A stretch of DNA of 64,000 nt from Amphiscolops sp. MND2022 (taxonomy: Eukaryota): assembly GCA_964187785.1 (NCBI GenBank), contig OZ076409.1, positions 81,098,001 to 81,162,000 on the forward strand. Direction: 5' to 3'. How positions within the stretch are numbered: the stretch's first letter is position 1; each line of letters starts with the position of its first letter. Shown here one piece after another: positions 49,603 through 61,252 of the stretch. The position numbers and the translations under genes were made by a program. The notes beneath the pieces were generated by a model that was given only the letters and a program-made list of their open reading frames with translations, was not told where the DNA came from and ran no database searches.

Positions 49603-52600
49603 TTCCCCCCTCTTTGGAATATAAATACAAACACAAAAACAAGTATAAAGAAATACTACAATAATGAACCTAAATTTCAAACGGTTGTAGTACCGAAGGG
49701 TTTTTTCTGTTTCATATACGGTTTTACCGTAGAATCCTTTCTTTTAACGGTTTTCCTTTCGTCGTTGTCTGTCGTTCTATCGGTCGCTGCGTCTCGTCTG
49801 TTTCACTGGTCGTTATCTTCATTCCATTTATTAACGGTGTCACCTCTAATGGTCAAAGTGTGATCGGTATACCGTATATATTTATTGGTAGGTGGATCTT
49901 AGTCCAGTCGACGTTCGTATTCTCGGTTCGCGGTTTGTTTTGATTTTCATTCATGTCTAGTTTTCAGATTTTATTTAGTCGTTATTACCGTTTTGGTCAA
50001 AACGGTGATTATGTTTGCATTGTCGTCCGTGGTCGGTCTCGTTTTTATTGTTGCGCCATGTGTTGTCATGCTGCTCCTGTACCACATCTCTTGGAGTGTT
50101 CGGCTGTGGCGTTGTCTTCTAGTACCTCTATGTGGGTGAACCTTCCGTCTCTTCCCTTTGGGTTTTCTCCCCTCCGCGATAAAGGATTCTGAAAGACTGG
50201 GTTTATTGGTGTACCTGCTGTTTTTTATGTAGTATATTATTCGTGTCCGCTAGTTTTGTGTGTTTCCTGCCGGAGATCGCTATTTGTGTTTTTTTTCGTA
50301 CATACTCTCCAATTTGTCCCTAGTTTGTTTTTTTCTATGAATAAGAATGAACATTTGTTACTCACGTCTTCTTTCAGCTTTCTTGGAGCTTTCATACCTG
50401 GTTGGTCATTTTGTCCATTTCTGTTTGTGAACAAATAAACTTGCAGCGTCTCTGGTTTTGCTGAAACATTGTATTGTTTACTTGGTGACCTATTTAAAAA
50501 AATCTGGATGTCCGTTCTTGGTTTTCTACCATAATGACGTTCGAACGGTGTTTCCCCCTTGCTTGAATGGAAGTTACAATTAAAAGTGATTACATAAAAC
50601 GAACGGTTTAACGCTTTGTTTATTTTGTATCCTTCCTCCAGGTTTGTTTGTGGAGATCTTTCAACATTCTGATGCCTCTTTCCACCAATCCCGTTGGGGT
50701 GTGTGTATACAGTGTTCCGTGTATCAGTTTTATGCTTTACAAAAAGCACTCAGCTCTCTTCCAGTAAAGGCTGCGCATTTATCTGTTATTTTTGTTTGTG
50801 GCAGTCGATTTAACGTAACGCATTGCAGAACTTTTTCGCTGTTCTTCCTGTAGGCATTCCACATATACACGCCTCCGGCCATCTGCTGGTCTATTGAATT
50901 AAGTAGGAAATCTCTGTTGCTTGAATCTCATTGGTCCAAGTAAATTCAATTGTATTTCATGGTTTGTTTTCTCTACCGTGGTAACTATTTAATTTCGGTC
51001 ATCGGTAATTGTGTTTTGTGTACTTAGCGACAATTTTGCAGGGGATGCACTCCTCGCATTTAGGTTGTATGTCTTTTGCTATTCTTGGCCACCAAGTGGT
51101 TTAGCCGCTGTTGTTATCTTGTTGATGGCCGCGTGCCCTTGGTGTAGCAACATGATTGTGTTTCTGAGGGCTTTTGGTATGATTACTACGTCATTGTAGA
51201 ATACTACGCCGAATTTCGCTGACAACTGCTTTTTGTACTTGTTGGAAATTTGTTCTATTGTTTTTGTTCCCGACACACCACTGTTTTTGATAATTGGACT
51301 TGGCTTGTCCAATTGTCTCCTCTAAGTCCCAGTTATTGTCGTCTTATCCATGACTTGCTTATCCCATCTGAATACAGCGCACACCGTTTGCCCCAGATGT
51401 CTTTTGAAATTTATTGCCGGGACACCGGATGAATCGTTTGAGCTTGTTGACTCTGTTGCAACTGTTTGCAAGGAGTTGTTTTTTCCTGTGTGCTTCATCT
51501 GGTTCCCGGTTGTTAGACTTGTTGGGTTTGTGGCATGTTTCTGATCTTTGCGATTAGTCTATACAGTTCTTCTCTTCTCTCAGAGTTTCCTCTTCGGCAT
51601 CTCTCTTTTGCTGTTCGATTCGATCCCAAATCTTTAAGTTCCTTCTTTAACGCCATTTCTATTCGTTTTATTTCTGCTCTGTGGAGTCTTGGCGGGTTGT
51701 CTTTTTACCATATTCGTTTGAAGTTTTGTATTCTCCTGGTTTTGTGAATTCTTTCGAACCGGTTTTAAACTTTAACGTTTTTTTTCTGAGGCGTCCTCTC
51801 TTTCAATTTGCTCTATCTGTCTACTGTCCATTATTGTTGTTTGATCGGCTTGAATAACGTTAATTTTTGTGTAATCGACTGTGTTAGGATGTGGTACCAA
51901 CGAACTGCGCTTGTTTGGTTTGCCCTCTTGTGACTTCGGTTCATTCGTTTCGTTCGTTTCTAATTGGCTGTTTTTTGTTCACACTGCTCATTCTGATGCT
52001 TTCGTGCTTCTGTCTTCTTTGACTGGCGATTCTTCCGTAGTTGTTGATGAAAACAAGTAACGGTTTTTCGCGATTAATTACATACTTCTCATCGTAATTT
52101 CCGACTAAGTCTGGTTTTTATATTGGATTTCTGCTCGAGTAATTCGTAAGTAATAAATGTTTTCCGAATGAGTTTAATTTCAATATCGAAATGAGCAAAA
52201 CGATCTAACTATTTCGCTAGCCTTGCGCTGTATGATTCATTTTGATCATTTTTTTATTAGTGGTTCTAGCCCTTATCAATCTGTTACTACTTCAATTGGT
52301 TTTCCGTAAATGTGCAATTGGAAATGTTCTAATCCTCTAAGTACTGCCCTGCCAGTAGTTCTAGCTCGTTTTTTGCATTTTGTTTTCAGTATCGGATAAA
52401 AATCTGCTCGCGATTCATCTTAATTCACCGTTTTTTGCCACAGTGTTGCTCTCAAGCCTTTTGTACTGGCGTGATGTAATGATAGTTTCGTTCTGCTCGT
52501 TCTAGTGTGCTATGCAAGGAATTTTGGTTATACTTTCTTTTGAATTGTTGAACGCTTTCGTATGTTCATCAGTCCGCACTCATTTATTTTGTTTCTTTAC

Positions 52601-52755
52601 CAAACTTCTCAGTGTGTTCGTTGAAAAGTTTTCAATGTATTTGTGTAGGTATTGTATTGCTCCCAACAATGACTTTAGCTCTATTTGCGTTTTTGGTTAT
52701 GTTGATTTTTTGGTTGCTTCTAGTTTGTCCTGTAATAGTCGTACTCCTCGTTTGT

Positions 52756-53400
52756 TTATTTTGTGTCCCACCAATTTTGTTGTTTTTTTGAAAATTTTGC
52801 ATTTTTGTGTGTTGAGTCTGTAGCCTGCTTGTTCCAATTACGTAATTGTTTCAGGTACTTCTGTTTCGTGTTTTTCCATGTTTTCACGGTGACAACTATG
52901 ATGTCATCTGACCATGCCGGGTGTTTGTATTCAAGTGTCGTGTCTATCAGTTCTTGGACTTTTGTTGCAATATCCGCTAGTCCGTAGTAGCCTTTCAGGA
53001 AATGATAGTATCCACTAACATCTCCTCCTTTAACGGTAAATGTACAAAGATTTTTTGTATTTCCGTCCAATTTGATTTGCCCCTACGCGTAATCAAAGCC
53101 GAGGTTTGTTGCCAAGATTTCTCCGTCTGCTCCTTCAGATATTTTTCTTGATATTTGCGATATCAGTTCCTCCATATTAGGCATTTGTGCTTTTCTTTTC
53201 ACTGTTACTTCGTTTAATTTTCTGGAATCAAAACCAACCTTTACTAGTTTGTCTTTCTTCAACGTTAATAAAGCAGTGCTTACAAAACCGTCTTCGGTAA
53301 TATCTGTTGCTCTTTCCAGGTATCCGTGTTTCATCAGTCCTTTCAGTTCTTGTGCCACTTAGTCCTGAAGGTATATTGGGATTCGTCGTCGTTTTTGTTG
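52756..53400 (-). pseudogene. Reverse transcriptase remnant
   Basis: ORF fragments 53083-53358 and 52756-53070 align by eye with the RT of the 14.6-19.6 kb element (e.g. KKDKLVKVGFDSRKLNE vs KRDKTVKIALDARAMNE). Confidence 0.88.
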
Positions 53401-54522
53401 TGCTCTATCTGTTGTCATCGGTCGTCCTTTTTGTTGTGATCTAATAATTGAGCTCCCACTTTTAGATATATTTTAACACAGAGATTTTTGATCTCTTTGT
53501 TATTGACAAATAAAAATTTGGTGTCGTTTTGGAAATTTATAAATCTCTTTTCCGTTTTGTCCAGTTTTTTTTGTGGATTTGAATTGCATCGGTATTTGAA
53601 CTCAAGTTTTATTCCAACCGTTGCATCCAATACAATCCCATTAACGGAGCTGTTTGTGCTTTTGTGGTTAGCAATAACAATTCGATTGCTTCTTCGTTTG
53701 TTTTGACCGTTGCTTTCGTTTGTCCATCGAAATTGATCTTCTGATTGTTCATATCTTTATAAGTGGTCTTGAGTGGATCGATTGTAGTTATATCGTTGAA
53801 TTGGATTCCGGAATAAGTGTGACTAGCTAAAGAAATTTTTTACAACTAAATTCTTTTGTTTAACCAAGTATTGGATTACAACAGAGTTTTCCAAAGAAAG
53901 GTTCTCCAAAAAGCCCCGTAGCATATCCAGAAAGATTTGGACCTACATTATACGCATTTTAAGTAACCACCAAACTTTTTGATCCTTCCAAAACTACACC
54001 AGACTAGAGGGTTCCAGCTTCTTGTCTTTTTTGGCACTGCCAGACTTTGTTATTTTTCCTTAAAAGTCCTGATATATCATATAATGTTTTGAAATTCAGC
54101 TGAGACGAACATCAAGTACATGAAATAAAAAGTGCTACAAGGGCATGTTTTTTACGCAATTACATTACATTTCCCTTGAACTGCGTTTGATTCACCAAAA
54201 TACTTACTAAGACAATTAAAGGGATAAATTCATTAACCAAATTCCAGATGATTTACATGATTACCCAGTTCAAGAAATTATGATTAAACTTCATGAGAAT
54301 TCTACAAATCAAAACTACCAGCATAATGAACCCATGATGAAAGAGAAAAAATCTATTTGCTTGAAATTTACATATCTTTTAAAGGAATCCCTATAGTGGT
54401 TTTCAAATAATGCAGAATGAACTAACTAAATTTGAAAGATTTTTTTTGCCAACTTCAATAATTGCGAAAAGGAGTTCAAAATTTTTATTCCGTTTTTTTT
54501 TCTGACTTTTTTGACGTTTCAG

Positions 54523-54804
54523 GTGCTTTCCTATGGAATCCTCTCAGGGTCGGCTGAGTGCCGAAAAAACAACGACCGGGCCAGGAGTTCATGCATTTGA
54601 AAGCGGCGGCTATAATCGTGGGGGCGTTGACACTACTCACAGACAGAGATGTGGAAGCATTATCCCAACAACCAGCTCGAAGGAGATTCGAGAACCCCCG
54701 CTGACTACTGACTCAAAGGCTTCTCAGAAGAAATCTAAAGAACGCAGCAACTCTTTCGTCCGTCGTGCCCGCAAAACTTTGCCCAACCTCTTTTCAACTC
54801 TCAG
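54523..54804 (+). CDS. Exon A of an unknown basic/Ser-rich protein (ATG at 54533, or continues from an upstream exon)
   Basis: Pyrimidine tract, CTGAC and TTTCAG acceptor before 54523; open, GC-richer frame; candidate phase-2 GC donor AG|GCAGGG at 54805. Confidence 0.55.
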
Positions 54805-55491
54805 GCAGGGATTGGAGAGACAAAAAAGAAAATCACCATTTTCCTGGGTTGATGTCAATCCTAGGCATACCGAGGTCCAATTTAACATATTTCACTCAAG
54901 ATTTCAGGGCATTCATTACTTACAAAACTTCCAGAAATGTATCTAAAACGCAGATAGAGTTTCTCATTATTACATCAATCCTCTAATCAGCATATTTCTC
55001 ATAGATGTACGTTCCATAGATACACATAAATGTATGTGATCATGAATTCTCTGAAAATGCTCATTCGAAGCGACAAGCATTAATACAATTTCGAGACAGG
55101 ACGCAGTTTCAAATGATTTTTAAATCTTTTTCAAGCAACTAGAATATCACGAAAAACTTGAATTTGGGTTTTTCTTCACTTGAAGAAAACACGTCTATTT
55201 CTTTTGAAAAACACTATTGTAAATTCCTGGCTTTTGTTCTGCATATTTCAAGCTTCGAAACTTTAAAACGTTCCAATGTACTGACAAAGTATATACCAAA
55301 ATCTTCAATTTTAAAAATTAACAAGTTCAAAAATACTGATTGATAAATTTCTGTTGTTTTCAAATTTATCCACATACTGAGAAGCTTTTCTCGTCTTTAT
55401 CAAAAATTTCATCACCAATCTTTGCCATTTCGAATGAAACATTTTTTCCAATAATTCAACATATTGTGTAATATCCAATCGCTGACCGCAG

Positions 55492-56037
55492 GCGTCAAAG
55501 CAGTGCCAAGATGAAATCAGATGCCCCCGAAGGCAAAAAGATAGCACCCGAGAAAAAAGTTCAGAGTGAAAGCCGAATTTTAGACGCAAAAATAACCTCA
55601 ACAAGTATAGACGAAAAAGTGACCTCTAGTAAATTCTGCAAGGACTCTCGAAAAACCAACGAAATATCCTTCACAACGACGAAACCCAGCTTTGACGAGG
55701 CAGATTTAGTCATGGCATCAAAAGAAGCTGGCCTAAGCGATATCGATTCCCAAACTATTCATTTTTCGTCAAGCAAAGCCAGTTTGAAATTAGGCAGTCC
55801 TCTCAAGAAAAGGAATCGCAAAGCTAGTTTTCAGTTGCCCTTACCAATAGCCCATCATGCTCACTACGAGTACCCGAACTCACCAGTCAACAAATCACGA
55901 AGAGCCACGTCATTTAGCTGTGCGGAACCAATAAACGAAATTTACGATCATCGGAAGAAAAGGTGGAGTTTTCTGAATCGCTTCTTCAGTGACAAGACAA
56001 AAGTGAAGAGGTCCGCATCCACAAAATCCAAATCGAG
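55492..56037 (+). CDS. Exon B of the same gene
   Basis: CTGACCGCAG acceptor (phase 2); contains nearly all of the 189-aa ORF (the longest non-TE ORF in the window); phase-2 donor AG|GTTAGA at 56038. Confidence 0.65.
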
Positions 56038-56598
56038 GTTAGATTTAGTCTTCAAACGTAGGCTCAAAGTCACATATTAGTATTCTTCGTCATCCACATG
56101 GACAACTGTATCTTTCTTCAAACAAGAAAGCTTGATGTTCAAAGTTGGCAGTCAATGATGTTTCTTACAGGATCTGTTCTTTTTTTACAAAAGTTACTTA
56201 CAAAAGTTACAAAAGTTTTACAAAAAGTACTTTGTTTGAAAGCTTTCCGCAGATACCCGAAGAGCTATTCCGTGCAATCAAAACCCACTAGGAGTCTCTC
56301 AATAGGGATGAAAGAAAACAAACGGCAGTGTTTTGGGGAAATGATTTTAACCACTTTGCGATAATGTTTGGCCGTGTGGTCGGAATTTTCAAGCCGATTT
56401 TCCATCACCAAAGGGCACCAAAAGGCCTGTTTGGAGACTACGTTTGTCAAGTCATCAACACGAGGCTTTTAATGGACCTCGTTATAATAATAAACCAAGA
56501 ATCATTATTGACTAAAAAAAACTTGAGTTTAATATTAAAGTTCAACGTTGTTTTGGTCTATTAAGCCAACTTTTTTTCAAAAATTGCTTTCTTTGCAG

Positions 56599-56683
56599 AA
56601 CAGTCTTGCGAAAGCATCTACGCAAAGAAACCAAATCGCTACCGAGATTAGCTTCTGAGAAACTAACCTCCAATGAAAAATAA
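56599..56683 (+). CDS. Putative last exon (R-TVLRKHLRKETKSLPRLASEKLTSNEK*)
   Basis: CTTTCTTTGCAG acceptor, phase-compatible, similar amino-acid composition; TAA at 56681-56683 with AATAAA motifs nearby. Confidence 0.45.
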
Positions 56684-58245
56684 ATTGGGCAGATATCACG
56701 ATAAAACTTGAAATAAAATCAAAACCGAAAAAGTGCCGCGGTACAGAATCGCACCCCACTGGAGCCCTTAAAAATTGAGTATTAAAGTGGCAGCACGTCC
56801 TATTAGAGGAATTGCGTAGTGGTCTGACCTGGTGATTTTGAGCACCCGCAAATCGGCCATTCTTATGTGCAATACTCTTCGATTTTTTTGTAGTAAATTT
56901 TGGCTGGCGTTCTTCCACCAGGCTGGTGAACGTTACATTTGTTCCTGAGGCTTTTTGTAAAATATCAAAAGTATATCAAAAGATGTTGCACTTTGAAAAT
57001 TGTCGTTAGACAAGTCGAGTGTCTTTAGCTTTTTGGTACCCTGCGGTACCTAACGATCAACGTGCGTCCTATTATCCAAACAATTCCAAGAACAATACTC
57101 CAGGTAAATAATTTCATGAGAAAAATCCGCCAACCATTCATACGTAACCTCCGCCAAACTTTTTTCACTCCATGCATATCAGTTTTTGACAAGTATTGAA
57201 CCTATTCCCGTTATTATTCAATTAAGTTATCCTCAAGTAACAATCAGGTGCCTAAAAAAAGATGACATTTTTATACGTGTAGGTACTATGCAATCATATG
57301 CTTTTGACGTAATTCTATTTTAAGAAACACACAGGGAGCCATTAATTTTGCCAACCAATTTTTTGATCACATAAGACTGACTCCCTGAAAAATCCTAGGG
57401 TATGTAATTAATATTTTTCCAGTTCCCAGCAGATTAAATTTGGTCTAGGGGACTTTTCTCTAAAACATCTTGATAAAATGTCTATAGGGTATCTAATTTG
57501 GTCACCAATGAGCCATCACTTTCCGAAGATTTTCAGTTAAATTTGTAGTTTCCTCTTTTTTTCCTTGGAAATTATTGAGCTGAGAGAATATGATTGATCA
57601 TACTATTTCATGTGAACATTTTTCAATCCAATACGTCAATCAAGATATATTGGCATTTTGGCAGTTATCTTCAATTATACTATTACAACAAATTTATAAC
57701 TAAGAATGTACTAAGCTGTACAATTTAGTTCATGGTTTACTCTAAATTACCATAAATTTGCAGTACGGAAATGTTCCAGTGAGCACCAGGTAAGAAAGGT
57801 ACAATTTTTCCTCCGATTAGTAATTTCTTCAAATTTTTGTTGCAGTTGCTTTCCCGTAAATCCTGGTCTGAGCTGCTTTTGCAATTGTAATTTTCCTAAA
57901 GGCCGAGATAGCTCTTGCTGCTCAATCAAAATCAGCATAAACTTACAATATTTGGAATGCTAATGAACGGTAGAGCGGAAGTTGATTAAATTCTTCTAAT
58001 TTGGTGAGTACAGTTTTTACTGATCAATGAAAGCATTTACTTAGTTCACACTTCTTCGTAATTAGTTCGAGGCAAAAAAGCTTTTGTTTAAGGAAGTTTT
58101 TGCTCAGTTAGCTAGCCAAGTTTGGTCATCACAGTTTTTCATGTTCTGGAATCGAGCAAGAATATCCCTGTTTTGAGAAATAATTTTTTGTCAAGACAAT
58201 GTATTTCCCTTGAATTTCTGAGAAGAATCTTCGAAGTCTTTGTTT

Positions 58246-59192
58246 ACAAGACGCCCGCGGACCAGCGGGATATTTTCCGCCCCTAATCTCTTCGAAAAAG
58301 ACTACTGGACAACAAATTTGTTCCTTGTTGACTCTTTTCAACATTCCAATCTACGGAGTCTGTCGAAAATTTGACAAAAATTGCATAAAAAACTTTGAAA
58401 ATTGGAAAATTTTGGGTTTTTTGTCATTTTCGGTTTCAATTTGATATATTTTTCATTTAGAAAACAGTCATTATCTCTTCGGAAAAGCATACTGGACAAC
58501 GAATTCCTGCCATTCCTGTCACGTTAAGCGTTTTCAACATTCTAATCCACGAAGTCTATCGAAAATTTGACAAAAATTGCATAAAAACGTTAAAAATCGA
58601 AAAATTTTGGAATTTTTTATTCATTTTTTTGGTAATTTTTCTTTAAAAAACCGCATTTATCTCTTCAGAATACTATTGGACAACGAATTCGTGCCTTGTT
58701 GAACGTTTTCAACATTCTAATCCACGATGTTTATCGAAAAAATGACAAAAATTGCATTAAAACGTTAAAAGTCGAAAAATTTTGGAATTTTTGTCATTTT
58801 TTTGGTAATTTTTCTTTTAAAAAACCGCATTTATCTCTTCAGAATACTATTGGACAACGAATTCGTGCCTTGTTGAACGTTTTCAACATTCTAATCGACG
58901 ATGTTTATCGAAAAAATGGCAAAAAATGCATGAAAACGGTGAAAATTGGGAAAGTTTTGAATTTTTGTCATTTTCGGGTTCATTTTTGGGTCATTATGGG
59001 GTCATTTCCGTCATTCCCAAAAAAGTCCAAAAATCTTTACAAATACATATCGCATGGAACTAAATTTATGTCAGTTGAATTCTGTGAATGTACTTCTTCA
59101 TATTACGTAAACAATAATTCTTGGCAAATTTTGTAAAAAAAACCCGTTTGATTTAAATATTTTCCTTTCCCATATGAAATATGGGCGGAAAA
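58246..59192 (-). mobile_element. HINE-like family 2, complete young copy
   Basis: subTIRs TTTTCCGCCC (58273-58282) and GGGCGGAAAA (59183-59192); stem-loop CCCGC-ggacca-GCGGG (58254-58269); CCCATAT-gaa-ATATGGG hairpin; near-identical ~175-bp internal units. Confidence 0.85.
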
Positions 59193-59712
59193 TAAAAATG
59201 CTTTCGTTGCCAGATCCTCGCTGGCATATGCTAGTAGCAATGGACTCCTCGTAGGATTTTTACAAGAAGTACATTTACTTTCACTATCTTTCAAGGAGTC
59301 TATTAAATACAAGGATATATATCTTTCGGCGGCCATTTAGGAGAAAATAAATTTTCCTTACATTGAATGATAGTTTAAAATCGCTCAGTATACTCTATGG
59401 CGAAAACGTTTTGACATAATAATACGCGTACAAATTGGTTTTTTGAGCAAATTTTCACAAATTGGGTGTAAATTTTGACTTAATGGAAATGACAGCAGCG
59501 CTACCCCCTTTTTATTACATGAAATCAATAATTCAAATTTGAATCCTTCATTCAAGAAGTGATACTTATATACAAAAGGGGTTTTCGAGTTTGGGGGTGG
59601 GGGCACGAAGGGAAGTAAATATGTTTGGCGGATTATTGATAATTTGGTAGTTATAATTATAACTGAAAGGTCACCGAAGAAACAATTTGAAGTTGAAGTC
59701 ATGACCCGAGGG

Positions 59713-60292
59713 TTTTTCGTTGGCACTTCATGAAGTGAAAACGCAACTATACTAAAGACTCCTTTCCTATACTAGGGTCCTCCCGATTTTTTTTTCCAAA
59801 ATATTTTAAGGTCTCCGAAGAGTCCTCCCTCAATTTTTCTAAAACTTTGCAACAGATTGGATGTTGATAAGTTCCAAAATCTCCCTCGTTTTACATTTTT
59901 CGGCACTATAGTACTGTTTCAAAATTCTCATTTTTCGTCTGAAATTAGGTTTTCTCAATAAACTTCCTCCAAGAATTTTTTAATATACTATCCCAATTTT
60001 TGACGTCATATCCGAAGTAAGCTGCGTTTCACTGATGAGGCGGAGGTTCGAAAGCAAGCTCCCATTTGTTGCTACATTCTAATTAACTATAAATGGAAGA
60101 TTGGGACGAAGTTGAGGACTTCGCTTGAAAAACCTAACGCGCCGGTGGTCCACACTAGCGGTCCCCCAGTACTGCAGTTCATTCCCCCTTCTGGTTTATC
60201 GGTACTGTGAAAAAGAATACTTGACGCTTTGAAGCCTTTTTGCTATTTTTTAGCCTTAAGTGGGGCGCCGACTTATGCCGTTCCGGCTTGTT
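59713..60292 (+). mobile_element. HINE-like family 1, complete copy
   Basis: 5' end matches 5059-5106 (CTTCATGAAGTGAAA..GACTC); 3' end GGGGCGCCGACTTATGCCGTTCCGGCTTGTT. Confidence 0.75.
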
Positions 60293-61252
60293 TTTGTAAA
60301 GAAAAGAAAAAATTTTCCTCACATAAGGATTTAATTCGGCTTCTCATGTGTGCTATGATTTATGAATTAGGCGGGTCTATTCTTGGAGAAATTATTAGTA
60401 TATAATTCAAAATACCATGTTAACGTAATAAAACAAAAGACTGCCTCTCTAAAAATCACACTGACACATTTTGAGCAATTCTGATGCAATCTATGTAAAA
60501 AACACTACTTGATAGATGAAAAACATTTCCCTTTTCCTCTAAACTACCGAGTCATAAAAAGGCAGCACTAGTAAAAGCTCTTTTACAAAACAGGCGCGAA
60601 GGTCGAGGAGCTAAGTCTACCACGGGGACCATAAAAAGAATGGCAATAAATTAAACTATAACACCACGTTTATTGCTCTCTTAGAAGATATGAGGCCGAT
60701 AAAAAGATTGCTGTAAATTCATGCTTTCACGGACGTTCCTCTCTGTATACAATTTAAATTCACGGAAATTATTCAAGGTTCTTTTTTTCATTTTAAAACT
60801 AACCGAAAAAAAAACGTGTCAATCTGACTTTTTCAATCGGTCAAAAATTATCTTACGTAGAATAAAGAAGGAAGTTCATACCCCCAATTCCACCACATGG
60901 ATGCCGAAAAAGTCGTTTTGTTTTTAAAATTGACGCCCTTTTCGTATAATCAAAACCCATAGTACCACATTTGCTATGGTTCAATACTTGTAACAAGTAG
61001 TCACTTAATTGTTACAATGCTTATGCACTTCTGAGTATTTTTATGGCACCGCTGAGCTACAGTATTGAAAGACGTTTTCCAACCAAACAATGGTGAAATG
61101 AGAGAGATTCCAACGTGGCACTGTGTCAATCCAGGCCGAATAAGCACCAAGACATGTGTAAGAAAATCCAATTCGGGGGTCGGAGAGAGTTTTACCTCCA
61201 ATTGGAAGCTTAACAGACAAAAAGGTTGTTTTAGTGAGTTAGCCGATTCTTT

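Larger units (their letters stand above)
49467..53820 (-). mobile_element. Decayed, 5'-truncated Ty3/Gypsy element
   Basis: 3' LTR and PPT. Integrase remnants (GETPFERHYGRKPRT; VIIPKALRNTIMLLHQGH) and RT remnants (DSRKLNEVTVKRKAQMPNMEELI; YYGLADI..WSDDIIV) are in Gypsy order. Many stops and frameshifts; gag and 5' LTR absent. Confidence 0.9.

Noticed and set aside
54805..54946. C-terminal part of the 137-aa ORF as coding sequence
   Set aside because: It is more likely intron read-through, given the phase-compatible GC donor and the shift in composition.
58696..59136. 146-aa ORF (and similar ORFs at 4146, 5081, 20603, 47832-48520)
   Set aside because: They lie within tandem units of non-autonomous repeats, and frames are not conserved between copies.
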